64,000 nucleotides of DNA from Thermodesulfobacteriota bacterium (GTDB lineage: Bacteria > Desulfobacterota > Desulfobulbia > Desulfobulbales > SURF-16). Below the pieces are notes generated by a model, which worked only from the letters and a program-made list of their open reading frames with translations, searched no databases and was not told the DNA's origin. Numbering within the stretch: the first letter of the stretch is position 1; every line of letters starts with the position of its first letter. The stretch spans positions 45,354-109,353 of the forward strand of contig JBMONO010000034.1 of NCBI GenBank assembly GCA_049323655.1, given 5' to 3'. Shown here piece after piece: positions 36,701 through 47,123 of this stretch. The translations under genes and the position numbers were made by a program.

Positions 36701-38434
36701 TTACTCTTCCCGACGTTCCTGATTGTTCAGCTCTTCCTTGAGCAGATCGCCCAGTGTTGACGGCCCGGATTGAGCCTGCATTTTTTTGTAATCTTCGAGC
36801 TTCATGTCATCACTGTCATCTGTCATTGCCTTGACGGAAAGCCCGATCTTGCGGTCTTTAGCAGAAACACTAATGACCTTGGTCTCGATCATATCACCGA
36901 CATTGTACATGCCAACCGGAGTGTTGATCTTGTCCTTGCTGATTTCCGAGACGTGGACTAGTCCTTCGACCCCGTCCTCAACCTCGACGAATATCCCGAA
37001 ATCAGTGACATTTGTGATTTTACCGGAAACATGGGTGCCAACCGGGTACTTTTCGATTGCCTGTTGCCAGGGATCAGGTGTCAATTGTTTGATGCCAAGA
37101 GAGAATCGCTCATTTTCCCGGTCGATTTTCAGCACCACGGCCTGAATTGTCTGCCCCTTGGAATATTTTTCAGAGGGATGCTTTATACGTTCCGTCCATG
37201 AGAGATCCGAAACATGTATCAGACCATCAATTCCCTCTTCAATGCCGATAAAAATACCGAAATCAGTGATGTTCTTGATTTTTCCTTCAATAATTGAGCC
37301 GACCGGGTAATTTTCAGTCACCAAATCCCATGGGTTGGGCTGCAACTGTTTCATTCCCAGTGAAATACGCTTGGCATCAACATCGATATTGAGGATCGAG
37401 ACATCAATGGCGTCGCCCACCGAAACGATTTTAGAGGGGTGACGGGTCTTTTTGGACCAGGACATCTCTGAAACATGAACAAGCCCCTCAACGCCTTCTT
37501 CCAATTCGGCAAAAACACCATAATCGGTAATGCTGACCACCCTGCCAACTGCTCGTGAGCCGACCGGGTACTTCTGTTCAACAGTTGACCAAGGATCAGG
37601 CTTGAGCTGCTTGACGCCGAGAGAAACTTTATCGGTTTCCTTGTCATACTTGAGGACCTTGACCTCAATCTCCTGTCCAACCTTGAAAAGCTTAGACGGA
37701 TGAGAAACCCGGCCCCAGGACAGGTCGGTGATATGACAGAGTCCGTCTAGACCGCCGAGGTCAATAAATACACCGTAGTCGGTGATATTGGTGATGGTGC
37801 CGACTACAACGGAACCTTCGGAAAGGGAAGTTCGCATCGCCTCCCGCAGCTTCTGGCGCTCCGCCTCAAGGATGGCACGGCGGGAAATGACAACATTGTT
37901 GCGTTTGCGGTTGAACTTAAGGATTTTAAATTCATATGTCTGACCAATCATGCTGTCAAGATCTTTGACCGGACGAAGATCGATCTGTGAATAGGGCAAA
38001 AAGGCCGGGACACCAATGTCGACCGAAAGACCGCCCTTAACCCGGCTCTCAATGCGTCCGCTGATGGTGCCGTCTGCCTCCTGGATGCTGGCAATATCCT
38101 CCCATACCTTAATGCCGATCGCCTTCTCGCGGGAAAGGCGCAGTCCGCCTTCAGCCTCGCGTTTTTCGACAAAGACGTCGAAAACGTCGCCGACCTTGAC
38201 TTCGATCTCTTCCCCTTCACTGCGAAATTCACTCAAGGGGATCTCACTCTCGGACTTGTCGCCGATATCTATAACCGCAAAGTTGTCGGTCAGTCCGATA
38301 ATGGTGCCCTGCACAACGTCACCGACATTGGCGACATTGAGCTGTTCGTCGTTGAAGAGCTCTGCAAAGCTCATCCCTTCCTGGATGGACGTAAAGTCAT
38401 CCTGTTGTTTGTTTTCTGTTGCGCTGTTTCCCAT
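36701..38434 (-). CDS. rpsA: 30S ribosomal protein S1
   Basis: Six S1 repeats (AFLPYSQID, NITDYGVFIDLGG, GLVHVSEMSW). Confidence 0.98.
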   Translation of the reverse strand: MGNSATENKQQDDFTSIQEGMSFAELFNDEQLNVANVGDVVQGTIIGLTDNFAVIDIGDKSESEIPLSEFRSEGEEIEVKVGDVFDVFVEKREAEGGLRLSREKAIGIKVWEDIASIQEADGTISGRIESRVKGGLSVDIGVPAFLPYSQIDLRPVKDLDSMIGQTYEFKILKFNRKRNNVVISRRAILEAERQKLREAMRTSLSEGSVVVGTITNITDYGVFIDLGGLDGLCHITDLSWGRVSHPSKLFKVGQEIEVKVLKYDKETDKVSLGVKQLKPDPWSTVEQKYPVGSRAVGRVVSITDYGVFAELEEGVEGLVHVSEMSWSKKTRHPSKIVSVGDAIDVSILNIDVDAKRISLGMKQLQPNPWDLVTENYPVGSIIEGKIKNITDFGIFIGIEEGIDGLIHVSDLSWTERIKHPSEKYSKGQTIQAVVLKIDRENERFSLGIKQLTPDPWQQAIEKYPVGTHVSGKITNVTDFGIFVEVEDGVEGLVHVSEISKDKINTPVGMYNVGDMIETKVISVSAKDRKIGLSVKAMTDDSDDMKLEDYKKMQAQSGPSTLGDLLKEELNNQERREE

Positions 38435-38642
38435 GAACCTGTTTCCTCCTTGGCCAATTTAGAAAAGATTCTTATACCAAACCGGGGGAGTGATGACAAC
38501 TGTAAATATGAGTATTTGCGAAAAACATGGAGGTTTGCAGGGCAAGATAAAAGAGCAAAGAGGATGCAGCATTCGATGATGATCCGGTGCAGCCGCAAGG
38601 AGAATGGAAAAAGAGGAAAAGAGGAGCGGAAACCCTGTAGAA

Positions 38643-39065
38643 TCAGTAAATTTTGTTGATAAAGTCCTGCAGGATGAGCTGGTGGTCAAAGACAAGAGGG
38701 GGAAGGTCGTCAAGGGAAAAGATTCGTGCTTCGGCCGCATCATCGCCGGAACGAGGAGATCCGTCGGCCCGGGCGATAAAGACCGTGCTGATGGTATGAA
38801 AGCGCGGATCACGGCCCGGCGCAGAATAGCTGTGCATTTGGCGGACAAGGGTAACGGTAAGCCCGGTCTCTTCCAATGCCTCACGTGTCGCCGCTGATTC
38901 AAGCGACTCGCCGTAATCAACAAAACCGCCGGGAAGGGCCCAGCCATGAGGGGGATTCTTTCGTCTGACGAGAACAATGCCACCGGCGATTTCAATTATA
39001 ATATCCACCGTAGGCAAGGGGTTTCGTGGGTGCTGTTTTGTAGATGAGTCAGCCATTGCCGTCAT
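38643..39065 (-). CDS. NUDIX hydrolase
   Basis: [28 protein letters not shown] Nudix box, RDPRFHT. Confidence 0.92.
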   Translation of the reverse strand: MTAMADSSTKQHPRNPLPTVDIIIEIAGGIVLVRRKNPPHGWALPGGFVDYGESLESAATREALEETGLTVTLVRQMHSYSAPGRDPRFHTISTVFIARADGSPRSGDDAAEARIFSLDDLPPLVFDHQLILQDFINKIY

Positions 39066-39643
39066 TAAATAAGAAGATTGCCGAGTGAATCCCAGCAATG
39101 CACAGAGGTAAGATTGTGTCTGCCGACATTCCATGGCTGGTCAAAAACAACAGGGGTGAGACCGGAGCAGGCCATCTGCAGGCAGGTTTCAACCCGGTCG
39201 TCAACAAAATATTGGATTCCCAATGCTCTGACGCAATCTGCCTTGGTATCGTGGTCACCCATGGCGATAAGGCGCATGTTGGCGCTGACATCAGTGGGCA
39301 GAACAGTTTGAAGCCATCGGATAATGGGCTCGGCGGTGGGTCGGGCGGTCACGAATGTCAAAGGAGCACGAGCGGCAAGCCGGCTGAGGACGGCAACTGC
39401 GCCGGTCATGGGCTTTAAGCCGCAGCTGATGGGGTCACACAGCAATCGGTTAAAAATGGTATCAATGATCGCCTTGTCAACAGCGAGACAATCTTCCACC
39501 TGGAAGGCAGTGATTTCTTCTGGGGCAATGGAGATTTTATGCTCTTCCGCAGCAAGACGGATAAAGGCTTCCATGGTATCGGCGACGACGCAGTCAATAT
39601 CAAAGCCGATACCATGGGCAGGAATGGTGTGGAGAAGCGTCAT
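39065..39643 (-). CDS. HAD-like hydrolase (5'(3')-nucleotidase-like)
   Basis: [23 protein letters not shown]; start 39643 inferred. Confidence 0.75.
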   Translation of the reverse strand: MTLLHTIPAHGIGFDIDCVVADTMEAFIRLAAEEHKISIAPEEITAFQVEDCLAVDKAIIDTIFNRLLCDPISCGLKPMTGAVAVLSRLAARAPLTFVTARPTAEPIIRWLQTVLPTDVSANMRLIAMGDHDTKADCVRALGIQYFVDDRVETCLQMACSGLTPVVFDQPWNVGRHNLTSVHCWDSLGNLLI

Positions 39644-39723
39644 TATGTCGATCCGCGATGATGGCACGAAAAACAGGAAATTTTCAAAATACCACTTTAG
39701 ACAAGCATTCACAACCCTTCTTC

Positions 39724-39752
39724 TTGACAAACGATGGCAAGAGCGGCATAGT
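39724..39752 (+). promoter_or_regulatory. Putative sigma70 promoter for the nitronate-monooxygenase-family gene
   Basis: TTGACA-17 nt-CATAGT, 61 nt before the ATG. Confidence 0.45.
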
Positions 39753-39813
39753 CGCATATGTTTTCCATCGGCTGCAATTTTTTTATTCGGTTTGACGATA
39801 ATAAACGACACTC

Positions 39814-40779
39814 ATGAAACTGCCACCCCTGACCATAGGCCCCTTTACCGCATCCGTCCCGCTTATCCAGGGAGGAATGTCGATCCGCGTCTCTACCTCG
39901 GCCCTTTCCGCTCCGGTGGCCGAGTGCGGTGGTATCGGCACCATCGGCGGCTCCGCCCTGCCGGTGGAGGAGCTGCAGGCAGACATCCGCAAGGCCAAAA
40001 GCATGACAAAAGGCATCATTGCGGTAAACATCATGTTTGCCATGAAGAATTTTTACAATCTGGTAATGGGCTCCATCGAGGCCGGGGTTGACATGATCAT
40101 CACTGGTGCTGGATTCTCCAGGGATATCTTTAAAATCGGCCGGGACACCAACACACCCATTGTCAGTATCGTCTCCTCCGCCGCTTTTGCCAAGCTGGCT
40201 GAAAAACTCGGCGCCGCGGCAATCATTGTTGAGGCAAAGGAGGCTGGCGGTCATCTGGGTACCGACGTCGCCCTGCGAGACCTTTTCCCGGAGATCCGCC
40301 GGGTGGTGAAAAAGGTGCCGCTTATCGCCGCCGGCGGCATCACCAACGGCTATGAAATGGCGGAGATGATGGACAAGTACGGCGCCGACGGTGTCCAGAT
40401 CGCCACCCGGTTTGTCCTCACCAAAGAATGCGCCGTTTCCGACACCTTCAAGCAAACCCTGCTCAATGCCAGCAAGGAAGATGTCGTGCTCACCACCTCG
40501 CCGGTCGGACTGCCGGGCCGGGCGATCAACACCCCTTTTGTTCAGCGGCTGGCCCGGGGAGAGTCCCCGAAGGTCAAGGAGTGCCTCTATAAATGTCTGA
40601 AAAAATGTGATCATCATTATTGTATCAGCGACCGACTGATGCGGGCACATGACGGCGACTATGAAGAGGGGCTTTTCTTCACCGGTGAAAATGTTTATAA
40701 GATGAAGGATATCCTGACCGTAAAAGAGGTTTTCGAGCAGTTTGTCTCCCAGGCAGAATCCGTCTACAAAGAAGGGTGA
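39814..40779 (+). CDS. Nitronate monooxygenase / FabK-like FMN oxidoreductase
   Basis: PLIQGGM, EAGGHLG, IAAGGI, GVQIATRF, SPVGLPGRA. Confidence 0.88.
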   Translation: MKLPPLTIGPFTASVPLIQGGMSIRVSTSALSAPVAECGGIGTIGGSALPVEELQADIRKAKSMTKGIIAVNIMFAMKNFYNLVMGSIEAGVDMIITGAGFSRDIFKIGRDTNTPIVSIVSSAAFAKLAEKLGAAAIIVEAKEAGGHLGTDVALRDLFPEIRRVVKKVPLIAAGGITNGYEMAEMMDKYGADGVQIATRFVLTKECAVSDTFKQTLLNASKEDVVLTTSPVGLPGRAINTPFVQRLARGESPKVKECLYKCLKKCDHHYCISDRLMRAHDGDYEEGLFFTGENVYKMKDILTVKEVFEQFVSQAESVYKEG

Positions 40780-40893
40780 GAAGGCCCCGGTCTTGCTTGT
40801 CGAAGTGTTTGGCGCCGGAGGCCATCAGGCACCTGTGATGCGTTGCGCCCGCCTCCCCTTCGTTTCATTCCCGTCGTCATCACGCAAAACAGC

Positions 40894-42228
40894 ATGAAAC
40901 AGCGTACAGAAACAACGCCCGTCCAGGACGAAGAAGCGGCGCCGCTCATCGTGGAGCGGGACGATCACTCCGTCGCGGTCAACGACATCGACCGCGACGC
41001 TCTCAAGGTGCTCAATCGGCTGCATGAGGCCGGTCACGTTGCCTATCTTGTCGGCGGCGGCGTTCGTGATCTCTATCTCGGCAAAAGACCCAAGGACTTT
41101 GACATCAGCACGGATGCGCGACCGGGCCAGATCCGTCAGCTCTTTCGCAACAGCCGAATCATCGGCAGGCGCTTCCGGCTGGTGCAGGTCTTTTTCCACA
41201 ACAACAAGATTATCGAAGTGTCAACCTTTCGCTGTCGCAGCGAGTATGATAACGAGGGCGGGGTGGATGTTCTGCCGGCCAACAACACCTTCGGCAACGA
41301 GGCCGACGACGCCTTTCGCCGTGATCTGACCATCAACTCCCTGTTCTATGACATCGGCAACGAACAAATCATCGACTATACCGGCGGGGTGGCGGATCTC
41401 GACCGCCGCATCATCCGCTTTGTCGGTGACCCGGACCGGCGTATCATCCGCGACCCGGTTCGCATGCTCAGGGCGGTCCGCCACGCCGCCCGCAGCGACT
41501 TTGCCATCGAGGAGGCGACCTGGCAGGCCATTATTCGACACCGGGACAAGCTGCTGCTCTGTCCGGATTCACGCATTCGTGACGAACTGCTGAAAGACCT
41601 GCGCGGCGGGGCGAGTGCCGCCTGGCTCAATTTCATGGTTGACAGCGGCCTCTTTGCCGTGCTCTTCCCCTTTTATGCGGAGGTGCTGGCCGAAAAAGGC
41701 GGGGATTATCGGCAGTTGCTGGGCCGGCTGTGCGGAGTCATTGATCGCATTCATGGCGATGATGGGCAGCAACTGCCGGAAGGACTGCTGCTCGCCCTGC
41801 TGCTCATCCCTTGGGCCCAATGGTGTTTTCCCGAAATGGGCGTCGAGCGGAAGAACGGCGAAACCTATTCACTGTCCCGGAAAATTCGCGATGAGCTGGA
41901 AAAGCGCCTCGGGCACCTCAATATCAAACGGGCAGTGAAAGAGCAGATCGCCGCTCTGCTGGCCCGGCTCAACGTCTTTGCCGCCGGTTATGAAGAAGGA
42001 AAGTGGCAGGCGCGACTCAAGCGCAAGAGTTACTTTAAGGAAAATTCCCAGTTTTATCTTCTCTATCGGGAGGCCTGCGGCGGTGAACCGGCGGCGGAGC
42101 TGCACATCAACGAACCCGGACGCAAAAAGGAACGCGTCGATAAAAGGCCTGATCGCCGCAAAGGTCGCGGTCCGGCCTTTGCGCGGAAGGGTGTCCGCGG
42201 AGGGGTTTTCGGGTTACGCAAACGATGA
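40894..42228 (+). CDS. pcnB: Poly(A) polymerase I
   Basis: VGGGVRD...PKDFD, PAP-specific IIGRRFRLVQV, RRDLTINSL, DPVRMLRA. Confidence 0.9.
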   Translation: MKQRTETTPVQDEEAAPLIVERDDHSVAVNDIDRDALKVLNRLHEAGHVAYLVGGGVRDLYLGKRPKDFDISTDARPGQIRQLFRNSRIIGRRFRLVQVFFHNNKIIEVSTFRCRSEYDNEGGVDVLPANNTFGNEADDAFRRDLTINSLFYDIGNEQIIDYTGGVADLDRRIIRFVGDPDRRIIRDPVRMLRAVRHAARSDFAIEEATWQAIIRHRDKLLLCPDSRIRDELLKDLRGGASAAWLNFMVDSGLFAVLFPFYAEVLAEKGGDYRQLLGRLCGVIDRIHGDDGQQLPEGLLLALLLIPWAQWCFPEMGVERKNGETYSLSRKIRDELEKRLGHLNIKRAVKEQIAALLARLNVFAAGYEEGKWQARLKRKSYFKENSQFYLLYREACGGEPAAELHINEPGRKKERVDKRPDRRKGRGPAFARKGVRGGVFGLRKR

Positions 42229-43145
42229 CCTCTTTTCCTGCCGACATAGCCGAACTGCGCGCCCTTTCTTGCCGGGATCTGATGGAACGGGCCCTGGCTG
42301 CAAAACTTGACCGCCGGGGGACAAGGGTATCGCTCTGTTCCATCATCAATGCCAAATCGGGCCGCTGCAGCGAGGACTGCCGCTTTTGCACCCAGTCGGC
42401 CCGTTATCCCACCGCAACCCCGGTTTATTCCCTCAAAGACACGGCGGAAATCGTCGCGGCGGCTCGCCAGGCCAGGGAAGACGGCGCCAGCCATTTTTCC
42501 ATCGTCACCAGCGGCCGCGGCGTCACCCCGGATCTGCTGCCGCGGCTCTGTGCGATCATCGGTGCGGTCCGTGCCCAGGTGGACATCTCGGTCTGCGCCT
42601 CCCTCGGCCTCGCTACCCTGGAGGATTTTTGCCGACTGAAGGAGGCCGGTCTGTCCCGCTATCACCATAACCTGGAAACATCGCGGGAATTTTTTCCTCA
42701 CATTGTCACCACCCATAGTTTCAGCGACCGGATCAACACCATCCGCGCCGCCCAGCAGGCGGGGCTCGAGGTCTGCGCCGGCGGGATCATCGGCCTCGGG
42801 GAGAGCGAAGACGACCGGGTTTCCATGGCCCTTTCCCTGGCCGAACTGGGGGTTGTTTCGGTACCGCTCAATATCCTCATCCCTCTGCCCGGTACGCCCC
42901 TGGAAAAGACGGCGCCGCTGGCGGTGGAGGACATTCTGCGGACCATCTCCCTCTTCCGTCTCATTCTGCCCGATATCCCGCTCAGGCTGGCGGCGGGCCG
43001 GGAATCGGCCCTGGCCGATTTTCTCGGCCTCGCCTTTCTGGCCGGCGCCGACGGCATGATGATCGGCGGCTATCTCACCCAGCGCGGCCGCAGTCCGGAG
43101 CAGGACCGGCGCTTTATCGACGCTGTTCGCCGCCTTTGGGGCTGA
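42225..43145 (+). CDS. bioB: Biotin synthase
   Basis: NAKSGRCSEDCRFCTQS radical SAM motif, YHHNLET, VCAGGIIG, VPLN. Confidence 0.95.
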   Translation: MTSFPADIAELRALSCRDLMERALAAKLDRRGTRVSLCSIINAKSGRCSEDCRFCTQSARYPTATPVYSLKDTAEIVAAARQAREDGASHFSIVTSGRGVTPDLLPRLCAIIGAVRAQVDISVCASLGLATLEDFCRLKEAGLSRYHHNLETSREFFPHIVTTHSFSDRINTIRAAQQAGLEVCAGGIIGLGESEDDRVSMALSLAELGVVSVPLNILIPLPGTPLEKTAPLAVEDILRTISLFRLILPDIPLRLAAGRESALADFLGLAFLAGADGMMIGGYLTQRGRSPEQDRRFIDAVRRLWG

Positions 43146-43146
43146 G

Positions 43147-44307
43147 ATGGATCGGCTAAACTGGCTCCGTGCCCAGCACGAGCAGGGCAGGCTGCGCAAT
43201 CTGACGCCGGTGCAGCGTGGTGTCGACGGTCAGGTACGGCTGGTCGGAGGCGATGACCCGCTTCGTGATTTTTCCTCCAATGATTATCTGGCCCTGAGCG
43301 TTCATCCGCAACTGGTGGCCGCCAGCCGCGATTTTCTCGACCGGTGCGGCTGCGGCGCCGGCGCCTCCCGGCTGATGAGCGGCGATCTCGATTTGCATCA
43401 TCTGCTGGAAGCGGAGGTGGCGGCCCTCAAGGGTCAGGAGGCGGCGCTGCTCTTCGGCAGCGGTTACCAGGCCAACTGCGGCATTATCCCGGCCCTGGTC
43501 GGCCGCAGCGACGTTATCTTTTCCGACCGCCTCAATCATGCCAGCATCCATGACGGCTGCCTGTTGTCCCGGGCCAGGGTCGTCCGTTTCCGGCACAACG
43601 ACATGGAGCACCTGGAGGAGCTGCTCCAAAGCCGGCGCGGCACCGGCGAGGCGCTCATCATCGCCGAATCGCTCTATTCCATGGACGGCGATCGTTGCCC
43701 GCTGGCTGATCTGGTCATCCTGAAGAATCGCTACGGCTGCCTGTTGGTGATCGACGAGGCCCACGCCACCGGGGTGTACGGCGCCCATGGCGGCGGCATT
43801 ATTGAGGAAGAGGGGCTGACCGGCGAGGTGGATCTGGCCATGGGCACCTTCGGCAAGGCGCTGGGCAGCTACGGGGCCTATGTTGCGGCCAGCCGGGAGA
43901 TGATTGATTTTCTCGTCAACCGGGCCCGCAGTTTCATCTATTCCACGGCGCTGCCGCCGGCGATGATCGGCGCTTCTCTTGCCGCGGTGCGGCTCGTGCG
44001 GGAGCAACCCGAATTGCGCTCTGCACTCGCCGCCCGGGTAACGGTTTTTCGTCAGGCCCTCAGGAGGCATGCCATCGAGCCCATCGGCGCCTCTCAGATC
44101 ATCCCGGTGGTGGTCGGCGACAACGCACGCACCGTGGCTGTTGCCGCTCGGCTGCGGCAGCAGGGCGTTTTCGTCACCGCCGTTCGTCCACCCACCGTGC
44201 CGGAGGGCACTGCCCGGCTGCGTTTTTCCGTTACACTCCACCTAGAGGAAAAAGATCTGAACGCCACCGCCGCGATGCTGGCCCCTATCCTTGCAGAAAA
44301 ACCATAA
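43147..44307 (+). CDS. bioF: 8-amino-7-oxononanoate synthase
   Basis: FSSNDYL, GAGASRL, DRLNHAS, IDEAHATG, GTFGKALG. Confidence 0.93.
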   Translation: MDRLNWLRAQHEQGRLRNLTPVQRGVDGQVRLVGGDDPLRDFSSNDYLALSVHPQLVAASRDFLDRCGCGAGASRLMSGDLDLHHLLEAEVAALKGQEAALLFGSGYQANCGIIPALVGRSDVIFSDRLNHASIHDGCLLSRARVVRFRHNDMEHLEELLQSRRGTGEALIIAESLYSMDGDRCPLADLVILKNRYGCLLVIDEAHATGVYGAHGGGIIEEEGLTGEVDLAMGTFGKALGSYGAYVAASREMIDFLVNRARSFIYSTALPPAMIGASLAAVRLVREQPELRSALAARVTVFRQALRRHAIEPIGASQIIPVVVGDNARTVAVAARLRQQGVFVTAVRPPTVPEGTARLRFSVTLHLEEKDLNATAAMLAPILAEKP

Positions 44308-44326
44308 AAAATAAAAAAGCGAGGCA

Positions 44327-46288
44327 TCACGTCCCTTCAACCAGTCGCTTGAACGCATTGCGTTCCTGCTGGTTGCCGACCACCGCGACCATGTCGCCGG
44401 GGTGGAAGGCATACTCCGCTTTAGGGTTGGAGTGAAAAGTTTTGTCGTGGATGATCGCGACAATCGATGCCCCGGTTCTGCTGCGCACGGCCACCGCTTG
44501 GATGCTCTGATTGACAAGGGGGCTCTCCTGCGGAACGGTGACCCAGGAAATCTCCAGCATATTTTTTATGTTATCAAACTTGGCCAGCAGTTCATGGCCA
44601 TCCTGTACCTGATAGATGGGGGCATAGAGATGTTGGCGCACGGCATCGGTATACTGCTGAATGAGGGTTACCGGAACGGCAAGGTGCAGAAGGGCCTGTC
44701 GGGCAATTTCCAGACCGGCCTCCATCTCCGGCAGCACCGCCATGTAGACCCCGCTTTCATAGAGGGCACGAATCTGCTCGACGCCGTCCGCCCTGGCAAT
44801 GATATGTAACTGCGGACGCACCCGCAGTGCTTGCTGGACAATGGCCTGGGCCGTGGTCACCGAGGGCGTTGTGATGAGCAAAAGGGTGGCCCTGTCGATT
44901 TTCGCCACCCGGCCGACTGTCTCGTGACTCATGTCGCCGAAGATGACCGGGAATTTTGCCGCTTTGCACTCCAGCATCCGTTGGTAATTCATTTCAATGA
45001 TGACAAAGGGCAGCCCGAGCTGGTTGAGGATTCGGGCGATGTGTTGGCCCACCCGGCCGCCACCGACGATGACAACATGGTCCTGGAGGCCGGCGAATGG
45101 AATGTTTTCCATGTGGGGCGCGTCGGAGCGGATCAGTTGCTTTTTGATGGCGTAGAGAGGTGCTGCCAGCGAGGAAGCAAATGGCGTGAGCACCATGCTG
45201 AGGACCGATACCGCAAGGATGAGGGAATACATGTCCGGGGTGATCGCCTTTGCTTCGAGACCCACTCTGGCGAGGACAAAGGCAAATTCGCCGACCTGAA
45301 AGAGGCCGAGACCAATGGCAATCGGCACGATATTGATGTAGCCGAAAAGTTTGGCGAGCAGGGAGAAGAGCGAACCTTTGCAGGCGGCGATGACGAGAAC
45401 AAGGGCAAGAATTTTTTCCCAGTTCTGGATCAGAAAAACCGGGTCAAGCAGCATCCCCACCGAGGTGAAGAAGAGCAGGCCGAAGATGTCCCGGAGGGGA
45501 ATGATGTCGCTCAGCGCCTGATGGCCATAATCGGATTCGCTGAGCACCATGCCGGCAACAAAGGCGCCAAAGGCAAAGGAAAGCCCGACCAGGTAGGTGG
45601 CGTAGCCGACCCCTAGCCCGATGGCGGTTATGGAGAGAATGAAGAGTTCTCGTGAGTTCCAGCGCGCAACATGGCCCAGCAACCATGGCAGCACCTTGCG
45701 GCCGAAATAGAGCATGACCATCAGAAAGGCAACGGACTTGACCGCCGCCACGACGAGGAGGGGCAGACCTGCTTCGGGATTGCTCAACTGCGGCAGGATG
45801 ATCATCATCGGGATGACGGCAAGGTCCTGGACAATGAGCATGCCGATCATGACCCGACTGGAAAGCGTCCCCACCAGTTCCCTGCTCATCAGGGTTTTGA
45901 GGGTCACCATGGTGCTGGAGAGGGAGATCATGGCGCCGAACCATAATGCGCTGGTTGTCGGCCAGCCGAGGTATCTGCCGAGAAAATAGCCAAAGACGAT
46001 GGTCAGCAGAATTTGCACCGGGGTGCCGAACAGCGCGATATTGCGGACCGAATGGAGTTCACTGAGAGAAAATTCCAGTCCCAGGGCAAAAAGCAGAAGA
46101 GCCACCCCGATTTCGGCGAGCATCTCGATTTCATGAATATCGCCGATCGTCACTCCGCCGGTGTGGGGGCCGACGACGATCCCGGCCAGGATGTAGCCGA
46201 GAATAAACGGCTGTCTGAGCGCCTGGGCAAGAAGTGCTCCGAGCAGGGCGGCAACTACGATAATGACGATATCGGCGGCAACACCCAT
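44327..46288 (-). CDS. CPA2 cation:proton antiporter with TrkA-N and TrkA-C domains (KefC-like)
   Basis: Multi-TM N-terminus ([24 protein letters not shown]), GGGRVG RCK domain, C-terminal RCK_C. Confidence 0.92.
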   Translation of the reverse strand: MGVAADIVIIVVAALLGALLAQALRQPFILGYILAGIVVGPHTGGVTIGDIHEIEMLAEIGVALLLFALGLEFSLSELHSVRNIALFGTPVQILLTIVFGYFLGRYLGWPTTSALWFGAMISLSSTMVTLKTLMSRELVGTLSSRVMIGMLIVQDLAVIPMMIILPQLSNPEAGLPLLVVAAVKSVAFLMVMLYFGRKVLPWLLGHVARWNSRELFILSITAIGLGVGYATYLVGLSFAFGAFVAGMVLSESDYGHQALSDIIPLRDIFGLLFFTSVGMLLDPVFLIQNWEKILALVLVIAACKGSLFSLLAKLFGYINIVPIAIGLGLFQVGEFAFVLARVGLEAKAITPDMYSLILAVSVLSMVLTPFASSLAAPLYAIKKQLIRSDAPHMENIPFAGLQDHVVIVGGGRVGQHIARILNQLGLPFVIIEMNYQRMLECKAAKFPVIFGDMSHETVGRVAKIDRATLLLITTPSVTTAQAIVQQALRVRPQLHIIARADGVEQIRALYESGVYMAVLPEMEAGLEIARQALLHLAVPVTLIQQYTDAVRQHLYAPIYQVQDGHELLAKFDNIKNMLEISWVTVPQESPLVNQSIQAVAVRSRTGASIVAIIHDKTFHSNPKAEYAFHPGDMVAVVGNQQERNAFKRLVEGT

Positions 46289-46291
46289 TTT

Positions 46292-47122
46292 TTACCCTTT
46301 TTGACAGCAGGGACAGAAAAAGGTGCTCCTGCCGCCGATCACCTGTTTGGCAATGGCCGTATGGCAGCACGGGCACGGCTCGCCGGCCCGACCGTAGACC
46401 GCGAGCTCCAGCTGAAAATAGCCTTTTTGCCCGGAACTGTTGACAAAATCACTGATTGAGCTGCCGCCGGCGGCAATGGCGCGACTGAGGACGCTTTGGG
46501 TCGCCGCGGCTACTCTCTCCCATTGCCGGCCGGAGAGGGATCCCGCCGGGGTGGTCGGATGGATGCCGCAGACAAAAAGGATCTCGTTGGCGTAGATGTT
46601 GCCGATGCCTGCCACCATCTGACCGTCCAAGAGGAAATTTTTCACCGGCTGCAGCCGGCCTCTCGCCTTTTCCTGGAGATAGGGGCCGCTGAAATCGTCG
46701 GCAAAGGGCTCCCTGCCGAGCTTGGCAAAGGGGTCTGCAGCGGCCAGGTGGCCGGGTGGCAGCACTCTGATGCAGCCGAAACGGCGGGGGTCATTGTAGC
46801 GCAGCTGGCTGCCGTCGGTAAAGGTGAGGACGAGGTGGTCATGGAGACCGGGCGGGGCCGCGGCGGGGAAAATCCCCAGTTTGCCGCTCATGCCGAGGTG
46901 GATAATCATGGCGGCCTCCTGGTTGGCGAGAAGAAAGAGGAGAAATTTGCCGCGCCGGCGAATATCGCTGATCGCACTGCCCTTGACCCACTGCTGCAAT
47001 GCCGCCTCGGGCAGCGGCAGTCGCAGGTTTTTTCCGGAACAGGCGACAGTGTGCACCTGGCGGCCGATCACATGGGGGAGCAGGCCCCGGCGGATGACCT
47101 CGACCTCGGGTAGTTCCGGCAT
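46292..47122 (-). CDS. mutM: Formamidopyrimidine-DNA glycosylase
   Basis: MPELPEVE, RRGK, HLGMSG, AGIGNIYANE, CPCC...CPCCQ zinc finger. Confidence 0.97.
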   Translation of the reverse strand: MPELPEVEVIRRGLLPHVIGRQVHTVACSGKNLRLPLPEAALQQWVKGSAISDIRRRGKFLLFLLANQEAAMIIHLGMSGKLGIFPAAAPPGLHDHLVLTFTDGSQLRYNDPRRFGCIRVLPPGHLAAADPFAKLGREPFADDFSGPYLQEKARGRLQPVKNFLLDGQMVAGIGNIYANEILFVCGIHPTTPAGSLSGRQWERVAAATQSVLSRAIAAGGSSISDFVNSSGQKGYFQLELAVYGRAGEPCPCCHTAIAKQVIGGRSTFFCPCCQKG

Positions 47123-47123
47123 G

